Below are positions 1 to 13,129 of a DNA stretch of 64,000 bases, one piece after another. Where the stretch lies: the NCBI RefSeq assembly GCF_006345805.1, contig NC_043014.1:38750001-38814000 (forward strand), written 5' to 3'. The notes beneath the pieces are model-generated. The model was not told where the DNA came from. It saw only the letters and a list, made by a program, of their open reading frames with translations, and made no database searches. Position numbers and translations under genes: made by a program. Within the stretch, counting starts at the first letter, position 1; each line of letters starts with the position of its first letter. This stretch comes from Octopus sinensis (Eukaryota).

Positions 1-905
1 TAATCTGGCCCCAAGCCTCAAATAATTAGAATAATTAGTTTCTTCAACCAGTGACATAATCACCACAGCTATAGTCATAGTAATAGTAATCCATGGTCAC
101 GTGGTAAAAAATTCAACCTTCTAGCATTGTGCTAACAAGGGACCTCTCTTTACCTGGTCACATGACTTGCTAGAAATAGCAGCATAAATTACAACATATA
201 TTTGATATTGTAGCCTTGGGCACACCAAGCTTGAATAAACACTAGGATAGTCATGACTGGAATGTCTTAATTGTAAGTCTGTTTGATCAGGGCTGACCTG
301 GAGGCATGCAATAAAATAACCAACAACAAACTAATAAAAACCTCTATGTGGTTGCTCAATCTGCTAGAAATAGCAACCAAATCTCACTCTACATCTTAGC
401 AACAAAAAAACCCCCACAAACAATAGATAGTACAATCCTAGATACACTATGACGAAATGAAAATCAAAATGGTGACTACAACAAAAACAACAGACACTCT
501 AAACATTAAAGTCACATTTACTGTTACCCACATAAAAAAAAATATTATAATACATAACAACAACAAAAAAAACCCTCTTCTTGACCTTTCTTAGCTGAAT
601 TCATCATCATCCGGTCAAGATTGCTCTGATTTTCATTGAATTGTTCCATTGATATGTTTCAATTATATTTTCTAGCATATAAGATCTGCTTTTTGTATTT
701 TTAAATCAAATGATTACCCTGTACCTAATGCAGCCCTATCACAAATAGAAAACAAGAGCTGTAGGTTAAGAAGCCATATGACCCTGAAAGGGTGAAAGGC
801 AAAGTCAACCTCAACAAAATTTGAATACAGAACATAAATCCACAAGAAATGCTGCTAAGCATTTTATCTAGTGTGGTGACTTCTTTGCCAATTTGCTGCT
901 TTTCA

Positions 906-906
906 C

Positions 907-956
<50 letters not shown>

Positions 957-1052
957 TAATAATGATAATAATAATGATAATAATAATAATAATGATAATA
1001 ATGATGATAATAATGATAATAATAAATGATAATAATATAATAATAATAATAA
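906..1052. repeat. (TAA)n/(TGA)n microsatellite
   Basis: Directly visible; source of the poly-Ile ORF 868..1281. Confidence 0.95.
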
Positions 1053-1227
1053 TATAATTTTTGTATTTTTTTTTTTTGATATTCACTAGTACAACACTAA
1101 ATACAAAACCAAATATATGGCACACTAGGCATAACAACAACACGAACTTCCAACCTGTTGTCTCTTGAGGTCTCTGGGTGAGACTTGGAGTCAACTTGTA
1201 CAAATATAAAGCAAAAGTCAAACATAG
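1053..1227 (+). mobile_element. R4/Dong-clade LINE 3' UTR fragment in a (TAA)n array
   Basis: Near-identical to 3200-3371, the 3' UTR following the R4/Dong-type C-terminus; (TAA)n on both sides. Confidence 0.7.
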
Positions 1228-2098
1228 AATGATAATAATAATAATAATAATCCTTTCTAATATAGACACAAAGCCTAACATTTTGGAGAGAAGGCTAATG
1301 GATTACATCATCCCCCAGTACACATCTGGTACTTATTTCACTAATCCCAGCTGGGCACAATAATGTCAATGACCTCCCTTACTAACAATAAAATATTGTA
1401 AACAAGCCCAAAGTGTTACAATTTGCTATCCTAAACATATGTAAAATTGCTTATGGTGAAGTTATGTGGAGACCGCTTTCCCAAACCAGGTATGTCCTAC
1501 ATTATTTAAAGACTGTGTTACCTTTAAGAAACATTTATCAATTATCTGAATGAAAATTCTATCAGAAAGATGAAAGGAATATTACACTTTCATCCACCTA
1601 TCAGCTATTTGCAATAAATGGATAACAAGAAAACCATAGCAGTGGTTTGTTTGCACCTTGGTGCCAAAAATATGAGCTTAACATCTAACATAGCAATTCC
1701 CTAGACCAAAGTACAAACAACAATAAAACTGATCTAAAAGAAGTTAAAATATGGCACTCATAAAATGTAGCTTACACATGATAAATTTATGGCTTCTGAC
1801 TTTGTTCCAGTAGACTGTCACGGAATTGTATTTGTATGCACAGAATCATACAGTTTTCATTACAAAGACCACTTTAAAATATCTTTCAATAAGTGTATAA
1901 TGAAACATATTAAATTTGTCTTTTTCCACAAAATGGATTTGTAAAACAAGGACGCGTTTTATGTGAGAGCGTGTCTTATCCACCAGCAAATACAGTAATA
2001 TAAAAATAATGAAGAATTTAGAAGGTTAGTAAAATAACTATCATTGTTGAGATGGTGTTTGAAGCATACCTTGACCAAAAAAAAAAATAAGTTCTCAC

Positions 2099-2206
2099 AT
2101 ATAATTTTGGTGGAAAGCTTTAATTCCAATAGGATCGGGCATTTTTGCATTATAAAATAAGAGTTGGCGTAAGGAAAGTTGGTTATCCAAAGTGTCAAAA
2201 CCAAAT
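2099..2206 (-). CDS. Candidate exon, minus-strand chain (FGFDTLDNQLSLRQLLFYNAKMPDPIGIKAFHQNY)
   Basis: aaaatAG acceptor, GTGAGA donor, 108 nt open, phase 2 to 2, non-repetitive. Protein not recognised. Confidence 0.35.
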
Positions 2207-2275
2207 CTATTTTACATCATAACATATAAATGAACAGGTTCTTAGAAGCTGTGCAGGTCACTTTGGCACAAGGCT

Positions 2276-2316
<41 letters not shown>

Positions 2317-2630
2317 GATTTAAGAAGTCAACAAATATAATTTAATAGAAACATAAAACTCTGATAGTGAATATATGAAAAATTTCGACTATGGGCAGGA
2401 AGGAGAGAGTGGGAGAGAGAATGGCCAGGGGAAAGACAGAAAAAAAGAGAGAACAATCAAAGGGAGGGGAGTGGGAGGTTAGAAAGAGAAAGGAAGAGGA
2501 AGGTGGGGAAATGGAGCGAAAGAGAATGGAAATGAAAAAAAAGAGAGAAAAAGACAGAAAAAAGTGAGAGATAAAGAAAAATCAAAAGGAGGGGAAATGG
2601 AAGATTAAAAAGTAAAAGATGAAGATGGGA

Positions 2631-2661
<31 letters not shown>

Positions 2662-2706
2662 CAGAGAGAGAAAGACAAAGTGTATGTGTGGCTAGAGAAA
2701 CAAAAC

Positions 2707-2823
2707 GTTGACAATGTACAGATAGATGTTCTTCCAAAAATGGCAAATCGTTCCATTCCATTCTCATTTGGAATTATATAGGATAGTGCTTGCTGCCAGA
2801 ATCCCCTGCTGATTGCAATAATA
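2707..2823 (-). CDS. Candidate exon, minus-strand chain (IIAISRGFWQQALSYIIPNENGMERFAIFGRTSICTLS)
   Basis: Strong acceptor ttcttcattctttcAG; only one frame open; donor (GTTTTG) weak and uncertain. Confidence 0.4.
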
Positions 2824-3011
2824 CTGAAAGAATGAAGAACCACAAGAGGAAGGGAAAAAAAAAAACATACAAAAATCCATCACATGGAATAGTGACAGAT
2901 GAAATATTTCCTTTTTCCTTTCAAATTACCTCATTCCATTTTTCTCACTTATATTATTATATGTTATAGATTATGTGGCTTTCTTCATAGTGAATAAACA
3001 GAGACTCCTAC

Positions 3012-3060
<49 letters not shown>

Positions 3061-3371
3061 GCGAAAGGGGCTGATTGCTACCTAACTCAGATACCAGGAA
3101 ACCCAAAAATGGCAGAAATTCAAAAGATAGTGCTCATGGGAACTGCTCATATCCTACACAAAATACTTTCTATGTAATCTCAAGTTTTAAAACAAACATA
3201 ATTTTCGTGTTTTTTTTTTAAGACATTCGCTAGTACAACACTAAATACAAAACCAAATATATGGCACACTAGGCATAACAACAACATGAACTCCCAACCT
3301 GTTGTCTCTTGAGGTCTCTGGGTGAGACTTGGAGCCAACTTGTACAAATATAAAGCAAAAGTCAAACATAG
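3061..3371 (+). mobile_element. R4/Dong-clade non-LTR retrotransposon, 5'-truncated 3' end
   Basis: Translates AKGADCYLTQIPGNPKMAEIQKIVLMGTAHILHKILSM*, matching the QKxxLxGTAxIL C-terminal motif of R4/Dong REL-type ORFs; then 3' UTR; embedded in (TAA)n, the known Dong target. Confidence 0.75.
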
Positions 3372-4164
3372 AATAATAATAATGGTTTCAAATTTTGGCA
3401 TACAGTCAGGAATTTTAAGGGAAGGGGATAAGTTGATTACATCAACCCCAGTGCTCAACTGGTACTTATTTTTATTAATCCTGAAAGGATGAGAGCCAAG
3501 TCACCTTGGGAGGATTTGATGCCAGAACATAAAGAGCCAAAAAAAAAATGCCACTAAGTATCTTGTCCCATTGGCATAAGGCCAGCAATTTCAGGAGAAG
3601 GGTAAAGTTCACCACTTCAAACCCAGTGCTAAATTGGTTCTTATTTTATCACCCCTGAAACGATGAAAGGCTTAACTGTTCGGCAAAAGAGACCGATAGA
3701 ATACGTACTAGGCTTACAAAGAATAAGTCCTAGGGTCGATTTTCTCGACTAAAGGTGGTGCTCCAGTATGGCCATAGTCAAATGACTGAAAAGAGTAAAA
3801 GAGTAAACTGATATTGTTGTTATTGTAGCTGTCACAGCAATCTTTGGATAGCCAACAGAACTATGTTGTTATATTTGTTAATTAGCCCTATATCAGTCCT
3901 AATCAAGCAGATTTTGATTATCTAATGTACTCTTCCACTATTTGTTGGTGTTTCCCTCCTTCTTTTTTTAAAGAATGTAAGGCGTGATTCGAGGTGGGTT
4001 CAACTGCTATTTCTAGCAGATTGAGTGACTATGTAGAGCACATCTTCTTCAAATCACTTCATATCTATACAAAGGCTTTTGTGAATAAACATGGAGTGAG
4101 TGAAGGTGAAGGATTTTCTGTTGATCTCAACTCTTTAGCATTTAAACTGGGTACTTTTTTTTTC

Positions 4165-4458
4165 ACCCTTTTCAAGCCCAGCCAGGCTCATAGGCCTGGT
4201 TTCCCAGTTTCTGTGGTGTATGTGTTCCCCACAGCTGGACGTGATGCCAGTCCATCACAGCGTTACTCAAGAAACAGGAAGAGAAAAAGTCGGGGCGAAA
4301 GAGTACAACAGGGGTCACCACCACCCCCTGCCGGAGCCTCATGGAGCTTTTAGATGTTTTTGCTCAATAAACACACACAATGCCCGATCTGGGAATTGAA
4401 ATCACGATCCTCCGACTGTGAGTCCACAGCCATAACCACTGGGCCATTGCGCCTCCAC
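4165..4458 (-). mobile_element. tRNA-headed SINE, family C head
   Basis: Reverse complement begins gtggaggcgcaatggcccagtggtt with Pol III A/B-box-like motifs; many paralogues in the window. Confidence 0.85.
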
Positions 4459-4469
4459 CAAATGCGCCC

Positions 4470-4710
4470 TTTTAAAGCCTAGCCAGGCTCATGAGCCTGG
4501 TTTCCCAGTTCCTATGGCGTATGTATTCCCCAGCTGGACGGGATGCCAGTCCATCACAGCGTTACTCATTTTTGCCACCTGAGTGGACTGGAGCAATGTG
4601 AAATGAAGTGTTTTGCTCAAGAACACAACGCATCACCTGGTCCAGGAATCGAAACCACAATCTTACAATCATGATGCTGACACCCTAACCACTAAGCCAC
4701 ATGCCTCCAC
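4470..4710 (-). mobile_element. tRNA-headed SINE, family E (CORE/V-like middle)
   Basis: Head ggaggcatgtggcttagtggttaggg, middle ttgagcaaaacacttcatttcac...cagtccactcag; paralogues near 5680, 11780, 14000, 33100, 40960, 49740, 58060. Confidence 0.75.
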
Positions 4711-4972
4711 AAACTGGGTACATGTGACTCAAATATTTTACCAGTTTTATATCCAAACTGGCCAGATCCAGCCTTTCATACCTGCACTTCGAAGTCATTC
4801 TAAAACTAAACGATCACATCATCAAAACCTCAAAGCAACATGTTAATACATGATAAATCCAAAACAATGTGAATGAATACGCATTACATTTGACAGAGAG
4901 ATCTGAATGCTAAAAGGTTAATGACAAGCTTTCAGTTGTACAACCAACTGAATTCCTATTCATGGAATTAAC

Positions 4973-5028
4973 CTGTCAGCACTTGAGCTGGTTTCCCAGA
5001 CACTTGTACTCTTAACACAGTTTTCAGA
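4973..5028 (-). CDS. Candidate exon, minus-strand chain (SENCVKSTSVWETSSSAD)
   Basis: gattcAG acceptor, CAG|GTTAAT donor, phase 0 to 2, fits both neighbours. Confidence 0.35.
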
Positions 5029-5169
5029 CTGAATCAACGTAACACAACGTGACAAGGTTGAAACTTGGAATTACAGGTACAATCCAGAGAGGAATAAAGT
5101 GACAGAGAGTAAAATCAATCCCTCTAGTATTAGGCTCCACCACAAGGTCCAGTTCATGATACTGGGTAA

Positions 5170-5660
5170 TGACTTGTGGTTTGTGTGCCTCGGTGATGCT
5201 GAGAGCTATACCAGCAGAACACCAGCTCTTAGTAGGGCATCCAATTCTGGACAGGTCAAAGGATAAGGGCCAGGATAATATGGACCACCTTTTCTCAGTG
5301 GTAAAAAAAATGGGTTTGCATAGGGCCAACATCCCCACCTAGAAAAAGGCAAAGTTATAGAGGCATCAATGACAATTCAAAACTAACAAGATCTGAAAGA
5401 GGAAGGTTTTTCCTCGGGAAAATATAGGACATACTACAGCAAAATCCAAAAAGAAACCAACATCCTCTATAACACGTCAGGCCGTGACCTAGAACCCACA
5501 AGGGAGGTAGAAGACAGGACATCCAGAAAATAACTGGAGGTAGGATTCTAAGCCAGAGCTGAAAAAGCAAAGGTCCAACTGAAGAGAATCATGGAAGACA
5601 ATTCAGAATTGAGAATGGAGGAAAGTAACTGATGGCTTATACTCCATAGCATTGAACTCA
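5170..5660 (+). mobile_element. Internally deleted RTE-clade LINE derivative (5' UTR-like part joined to 3' end-like part)
   Basis: 5170-5345 resembles RTE 5' sequence (gtgtgcctcggtgatgctgagagctat...gacaggtcaaagg...ggccaga...gggttt..agggccaacatcccc); 5600-5660 resembles an RTE ORF end (gatggcttatactcc). Recognised from memory, no alignment run. Confidence 0.5.
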
Positions 5661-6060
5661 TAATCATGAGGTAATGAGTTTGATTTCCTGACCAGGCTGA
5701 GCCATGTGTGTTCTTGAGCAATACACTATATTTCACACTTCTCCAGTTCACTCAGCTATAGAAATGAGTTGGGATGTCAATGGTGTCACATTGTATTGGC
5801 CTTTGCCTTTCCTTTGGATAACATCGGTGGTATGGAGAGAGGAGGTCGGTATGCATGGGCGACTGCTGGTCTTCAATAAACAACCTTGCCTGGACTTGTA
5901 TCTCAGAGGGGAACTTTCTTAGTGCAATCCCACGGTCATCCATGATCAAAGGGGTTTTTTTCCCATTTCACCCCATAGGGAATGAAGGGGCTTAACCAAC
6001 CACTAATATTGGAATGGTATTTTACCAATTAATCTCAAATGGATGAAAAACAATGCTGAC

Positions 6061-6094
6061 CTTGGCAAGAGAGTGCAAAGAACTGTAATGAATA
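6061..6094 (-). CDS. Candidate exon, minus-strand chain (IHYSSLHSLAK)
   Basis: Strong acceptor ttttttcttgcAG, AAG|GTCAGC donor, phase 2 to 0. Confidence 0.4.
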
Positions 6095-6420
6095 CTGCAA
6101 GAAAAAATACCCAGGGACACACTCTGCAGGCAAGGTAAATAGTAACTTGTAATGTACAGCTCAGGCAAGAATGTGAGTGTTTGTTAAACAGATCAGAAAA
6201 AACAAAATCAGGAATAAAAAATAAAATATATTCTTTTTATTCTTTTACTCAGTTCACTCATTGGACTGAAGTTGTTCTGGGGCACTGCCTGAAAGGGTTT
6301 AGTCAATGAAATTGTCCCGAATACTAATCTTAACTCTAGTTATTCTATCAATCTCTTTTTGCCAAACTGCCAGGTTACAGGGATATAAACAACACAACAG
6401 TGATTGTCAAGTGGTTACAA

Positions 6421-6462
<42 letters not shown>

Positions 6463-6469
6463 CACCGTG

Positions 6470-6772
6470 ATTCCCGTGACCAACCAGGCTATCAGATGTT
6501 GCTACACATCGCTGGTCACAATGCGTTTCACATTGTTTTAGCCTTCAAATGACGCCACCCTGCTGGCTAAGCAAGCAGGCCAACAGAAGAAAGAGTGAGA
6601 GAAATTTGTGGCAAAAGAGTACACCAGGGATCGCCACCACCCCCTGCCGGAGCCTCATGGAGCTTTAGGTGTTTTTGCTCAATAAACACTCACAACGCCC
6701 GGTCTGCGAATCGAAACCGCGATCCTACAACTGCGAGTCCGCTACCCTAACCACTGGGCCATTGCGCCTCCA

Positions 6773-6775
<3 letters not shown>
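6470..6775 (-). mobile_element. SINE family C, tail type 1
   Basis: Same head as 4165-4458; tail acaatgtgaaacgcattgtgaccagcgatgtgtagcaacatctgatag shared with 30527-30819. Confidence 0.85.
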
Positions 6776-6808
<33 letters not shown>

Positions 6809-7148
6809 CATACACAATGGGCTTCCACACAGTTTCCATCTGCCAAATTCACAAAACCAGACACTGGTCGCTTGAGGACCAAATGTGTGTGACAAGCTGG
6901 ATCTTGTCGTACACACATACAATCCATCCATGACATCACAGTTTCTGCTCATCAAGTTTCACTCAAGAAGGTTTGAACCCAAACTCATAACAAAAGACAC
7001 TTGCTTAAGACAGCACAGAGTTAGATTGAACTCGGGATCTTGTGATTGCAAAGACAACTTCTAAACTATTCAGTCATGCTATATCCACACATACACACAT
7101 ATACACTCATTATTACGTCACCATCATTTGCAATTCAAAAGAATACTC

Positions 7149-7181
<33 letters not shown>

Positions 7182-7364
7182 GACCACTATTGTCATTCTT
7201 GTCTAAGTCGACTGTGTGTGAGTGTGTGTATATAAACTGTCTGTGTGTGTGTGTGGGGGGGGGGTCCTTCCATTATTCTCAGCAGACAATAAATACTGTT
7301 TCTAGAGATATTTCTGAGGAAAAAGAATTTCTTATAGATTATTTTTGTCTGCTATGTGTGTGTG

Positions 7365-7860
<496 letters not shown>

Positions 7861-8134
7861 CCTGTCTATTTTTCCTTTAAAAAAATTGCATAAGCTAATG
7901 GCTTTTACTTTTCACTTTCATTCTTTCTGGTGGGTAGGGAGTTATTATCTATTCATTAAATACCCAGAAACTTAATTCCTGCCACCATTCAACCACCGAT
8001 GGTCAAAAGGTTCTTGTACATTAATTTCATGAGCAGGCTGTTCCACTGATCAGACCAGGTAGTACTCTCATCATTCTAACTGACAGAGTACCATATATAC
8101 ATATCACTATCAGACCATCTAACTGACAGAGTGC

Positions 8135-8444
8135 CATGCATTGTTTGTTCCTTCTCGAGCCATGCCTGGCTCATAAGGGCTGGTTTCCCGGTTTCTTGGT
8201 TTATAGGTTCTCCACCTGGACGGGTGCCAGTCCATCGCAGGTGAGCTGCAAGATGCAGGAGGAAAGAGTGAGAGAAAGATGTGATGAAAGAGTCAGCAGA
8301 AGTTTCGCCATTACCTTCTGCCAGATCCGGGTGGAGCTTAGGTGTTTCGCTCATAAACACACACATCGTCCGGTCTGAGAATCGAACCCGCAATCCCTCG
8401 ACTGTGAGTCCGCTGCTCTAACCACTAGGCCATGTGCCACCACA
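8135..8444 (-). mobile_element. SINE family C, tail type 3
   Basis: Near-identical to 25247-25547 and 25575-25861. Confidence 0.85.
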
Positions 8445-8461
8445 TAGTGCCATGTATACAT

Positions 8462-8870
8462 ATCATCATTTAACGTCCACCTTCTAGGCTGACATGGGTT
8501 GAACGATTTGACAGGTGCTGGCTAGGTAGGAGACTACACTAGGCTACCGTGTCAGTTTTGGTATGGTTTTTACAGCTAGATGTCCTTCCTTACACCAACC
8601 ACCCCATAGAAGGGACTCAGTGGTTTTTATGTGGCACCAGCACAGGGAAGGTCAGTTTTGGCATGGTTTTTACAGCTGGATGTCCTTCCTTACACCAACC
8701 ACCCCATAGAATGGAATCAGTGTTTTTTATGTGGCACAAGCACAGGGAAGGTCAGTTTTGGCATGGTTTTTACAGCTGAATGTCCTTCCAAATGCCAGCT
8801 ACTTCACAATGTAGACTGGATGCTCTTTACATGGCACCAGCACTAGCAGGGTCACCAAGTAACTTGCAAG
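8462..8870 (-). mobile_element. (CAT)n-tailed retroposon (family D) with internal 100-bp tandem triplication
   Basis: gtcagttttgg recurs at 8551, 8651 and 8751; 3' end acccatg..agcctagaaggtggacgttaaatgatgat matches family D. Confidence 0.75.
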
Positions 8871-9326
8871 ACAAGGAATTTTGAAAGGGGATAGGGCATT
8901 GGAGGAAGTGATTTTGTGTCAGATGATGAAAGATTAGAATGTGACAAAGAGACAGAGAGGCAAAAAGAGGTGTCTTGCTATAGAGGAGGCACATGGGTTA
9001 CCTGGTTAAGAAAGAGAGATGTGGGGGGGGGGAACAAGAAAGAGGACAGAAAAGAAGTGCTGCTGTAAAAGAGAGACTTGGTTAGCTAGCCAGAGGGAAG
9101 AGCAAGTGAAGGAGAGAGAGAGAGAGAGAGAGAGTGATCAAGAATGAGGGCAAGAAATTTACATTGACAGAGTAAGACAGATATATACACAATGAAAAAG
9201 GAAAAAACACAGATATGTTTGTGGGAGTCAAGAGAACAAACATCAGAAATGAAAGCAGTACTCTTTATATGTGACTGTCACGACTCATATTCTCTTTGTC
9301 CGTCTTCTTTTCTTTCCGCTTTTCAG

Positions 9327-9391
9327 TTAAGAAAGAGACAAATGGCAAAATAACTCAGCCAGCTAAATGAATGATGGGTGCGGTACAGCAG
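9327..9391 (+). other. Candidate 5' UTR/first coding exon (could end MMGAVQQ)
   Basis: Long pyrimidine tract ttcttttctttccgcttttcAG and CAG|GTATAT donor; stops in all frames upstream of the ATGs. Confidence 0.3.
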
Positions 9392-9733
9392 GTATATACA
9401 AATTTTACAGTTTAGTCCTACACAAGGAGATGCCAATAGTAGCTATGATCAATATTAGATGTTTTCTCCAAACTTACTGTTGCTTCAATAGGAACTTTTA
9501 CAATAGGAAATTTTTCAATAGCCAATAATAACAATGTTTCAAAATTTTGGCACAAGACCAGCAATTTCAGAGGAGGGGGTAAGGTGATAACATCAACCCC
9601 TGTGCTCAACTGTTACTTATTTTATCGACCCTGAAAGTCTACCTCAGCGAGATTTGAACTCAAAACATAAAGACAGACAAAATACTGCTTAGCATATTGT
9701 CTGGCAAGCTAATGATTCTGCAAGTTTGCTACC

Positions 9734-9762
<29 letters not shown>

Positions 9763-9766
<4 letters not shown>

Positions 9767-10910
9767 GTCCTGATGCAGTACCAAGCAGTGGCTCTCATGG
9801 CTTCTGATCTTAACTGATTGGAAGTGTTATCATGTACATTGTTTTGTCTTGGTATAAAAGATGGGCTACAGCAAATATTCTGCTCAACACCACAGATTTG
9901 CTTGTCAGTTGTTTGACCGTAACCAGTTGACCATGTCTCTTGGTGGCTGACGATATGTGCATCTCTGATCACGAGCAGAAGTAGTGGGGGAGCATCATAG
10001 CCATGTGTTGAAAGGAATTCTTAGAGGTTTGGATAATTCACCTCTGGAAACATGGGTGTTTTGTTCAACATCCTTAAACAACCCTTATTCAGGGACCTTT
10101 TGAGTGGGATGGGTTACTCGACCAGAAGAAAATTCTAACTGGGCCCCACCTGCAAGGTCATACACCATTTATCTTGATATGAGATCACCATGTCATGCAC
10201 ATATGGTTGTGATGCATGTGCCTGGTGTACCCTTATCAGACAGGTAGTCATGATGGGTATACTGGGCTTCATATATTTTACCCCAGTGTCACTTTGATGG
10301 CATGCACTGCTCCCTCACTCAATAATAATAATATAATAATAATAATAATAATAAATGTCCTGATGCAGTACCAAGCAGTGGCTCTCATGGCTTCTGATCT
10401 TAACTGATTGGAAGTGTTATCATGTACATTGTTTTGTCTTGGTATAAAAGATGGGCTACAGCAAATATTCTGCTCAACACCACAGATTTGCTTGTCAGTT
10501 GTTTGACCGTAACCAGTTGACCATGTCTCTTGGTGGCTGACGATATGTGCATCTCTGATCACGAGCAGAAGTAGTGGGGGAGCATCATAGCCATGTGTTG
10601 AAAGGAATTCTTAGAGGTTTGGATAATTCACCTCTGGAAACATGGGTGTTTTGTTCAACATCCTTAAACAACCCTTATTCAGGGACCTTTTGAGTGGGAT
10701 GGGTTACTCGACCAGAAGAAAATTCTAACTGGGCCCCACCTGCAAGGTCATACACCATTTATCTTGATATGAGATCACCATGTCATGCACATATGGTTGT
10801 GATGCATGTGCCTGGTGTACCCTTATCAGACAGGTAGTCATGATGGGTATACTGGGCTTCATATATTTTACCCCAGTGTCACTTTGATGGCATGCACTGC
10901 TCCCTCACTC
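9763..10910. repeat. Two apparently identical 558-bp units (9763-10320, 10353-10910) separated and flanked by (TAA)n
   Basis: 590-bp period, confirmed by the duplicated ORFs ending at 9972 and 10562. Confidence 0.95.
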
Positions 10911-10956
<46 letters not shown>

Positions 10957-11148
10957 GTTTCAAATTTTGACACAAGGCCAGTAATTTTGGAGGGTGGGGG
11001 GAAGTTGAGTACATTAATCCCAGTACTCAACTGGTACTTATTCTATCAACCTCAAAAGGATGAAAGAAAAAGTTGTCCTTGGTGGTATTTGAAATTAGAA
11101 CACGAAGAGTTATAACAAGTACTGCAGGCATTTTTTCTGATGCTTTAA

Positions 11149-11336
11149 TATTTTAGCATTTAAACTGGCCATATCTGGTCCAAATATCCAATTTGTACCA
11201 GTGAAATCCAGCCTTTCACATTTAACCTACAATGTCATTCTAAAAGTAAACAATCACAAAGCCACAAGACAATGCAGATTAATTCAAAACAACGTGAATA
11301 AACAATGCATTTGACAATCATCTGAATGCTAAAGGG
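11149..11336. mobile_element. piggyBac-type MITE family 1
   Basis: Right end aatgctaaaGGG|TTAA; family left end TTAA|CCCTTTAGCATT seen at 31545 and 56715; other copies near 4720-4920 and 24730-24909. Confidence 0.7.
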
Positions 11337-12804
11337 TTAAGGACTCTGCCATTCATGACACCTTTATTGGTCAAGGGTCCAACCCATAAAATTACTGGAC
11401 ATTTGATAAAAAAAAAATGACAAAAATGTGTTGGTGTGTACACATGCAGTAGAGTAGGAGGCAGATTTAGGGTCTCCATAGGTCAATGCTGATTAAGCAT
11501 TTGCCCACATACATGCAGACCTGGATAAGATGCTTTGAGGAAGACAAGCAGCTGTCTCATCATCATCATCATCATCATCATCGTTTGACATCTGATGGTA
11601 CAGCTCGTTCACTTGACCACAATAATTTTCAAGCCATTGGTGTTGGACTCCTGCATCTTGTTGGTCATCCAACATCCTGCTGCTGAGGTCTTCACCATAT
11701 TCTGGCACAGGAGACCAAGTGGTTGCCCAAGGCATGTGGCTTGCGCAAGTCATGTGGCTTGCCCAAGGCACATGGCTTAGTGGCTAGGGTGTTGGACTCA
11801 TGATCATAAGATTATGATTTTGATTCCTGGGTCAGGTGACACAAGTTCTTGAGCAAGACACTTCATTTCATGTTCCTCCAGTCCACTCAACTGGCAAAAA
11901 TGAGTAATCTTGCAATAGACCGGCATCCCATCCAGGTGGGAATCCCTGAAACCAAGAAACCAGCCCTTATGAGTTGGTATAACACGAGAAGGTAACTTCT
12001 TTTTTTTTTCACAAGATGCCACCCCAGTCTATAGACAGAAGGGGTGATTTCCTCTCTATTTTATGGCCTGCCACAGATGTGGGTGCCATACTATACAATA
12101 CGATACTACCCTTTTTAAGTGCAGCTATTATATAACCTATTTTGACATATCCATCCGAGGAAAAAAACTGCCTGGAGCTACCTTCACAAGAAACTAAGTC
12201 AACGACTGGATTTGTCCTACATGTGCTAACAGTTATTTGATAATAACAGTAATTATTATATTTTAGAAGTATATAGCAAATAGCTCTTTAATTATGGCCT
12301 TGTTATTCAAAGAGTATGGTTATATAATCTTTTTTTTTCAATGCTATTTCTATTTGAGTGGCTATACAGAAATTTGGAGAAAAGCTTGAGTATTTACTCC
12401 CCAGAAACATTGGCAAAATCAAAACCAGAACATAAGCCTTTAGCGTTCAGATCATTCTATCAAATGTAATGTTTATTTATTCACTTTGGTTTGAATTAAT
12501 CATGCATTATCTCATGTAGCTTTGAGATTTTGATGGTGTGATTCTTTGTTTTTAGAATGTTGTTGTTGAGTAGGTGTGAGAGGCTGGAAACCCAAGGCCT
12601 CAAATTTTGGGGAAAGGGTCTAAGTTGATTACATTAACCCCCAGTGCATAACTGGTACTAATTTTATCTTCCCCAAAAGGATGAAAGGTTAAGTCGACCT
12701 CAACAGAATTTGAACTCAGAGCGTAATGGCAGATGAAGTACCACTAAGCATTTTGCCCAGCATGCCAACAATTCTCCCAGTTCGCAATAATAATAATAAT
12801 AATA

Positions 12805-12847
<43 letters not shown>

Positions 12848-13129
12848 TCCTTTGTACTATAGGCACAAAGCCTGAAATTTTGGGAGAGAGGGCCAGTCAA
12901 TTACATGAACTCAAGTGCTCAACTAGTACTTATTTTATTGTCTCTGGGAGGAAGGAAATCAAAGTCAACCTTGATAAGATTTGAAGACTGAACATAAAGG
13001 GTCAGATGAAATACCCCTAAGCTTTTTGTCAAACACACCAACAATTCTGCCAGCAACAACAACAACAACGATAATAATAATAATAATAATAAACCATAAT
13101 GCCAGTGCAGCTGGACTGACTCCTATGCA

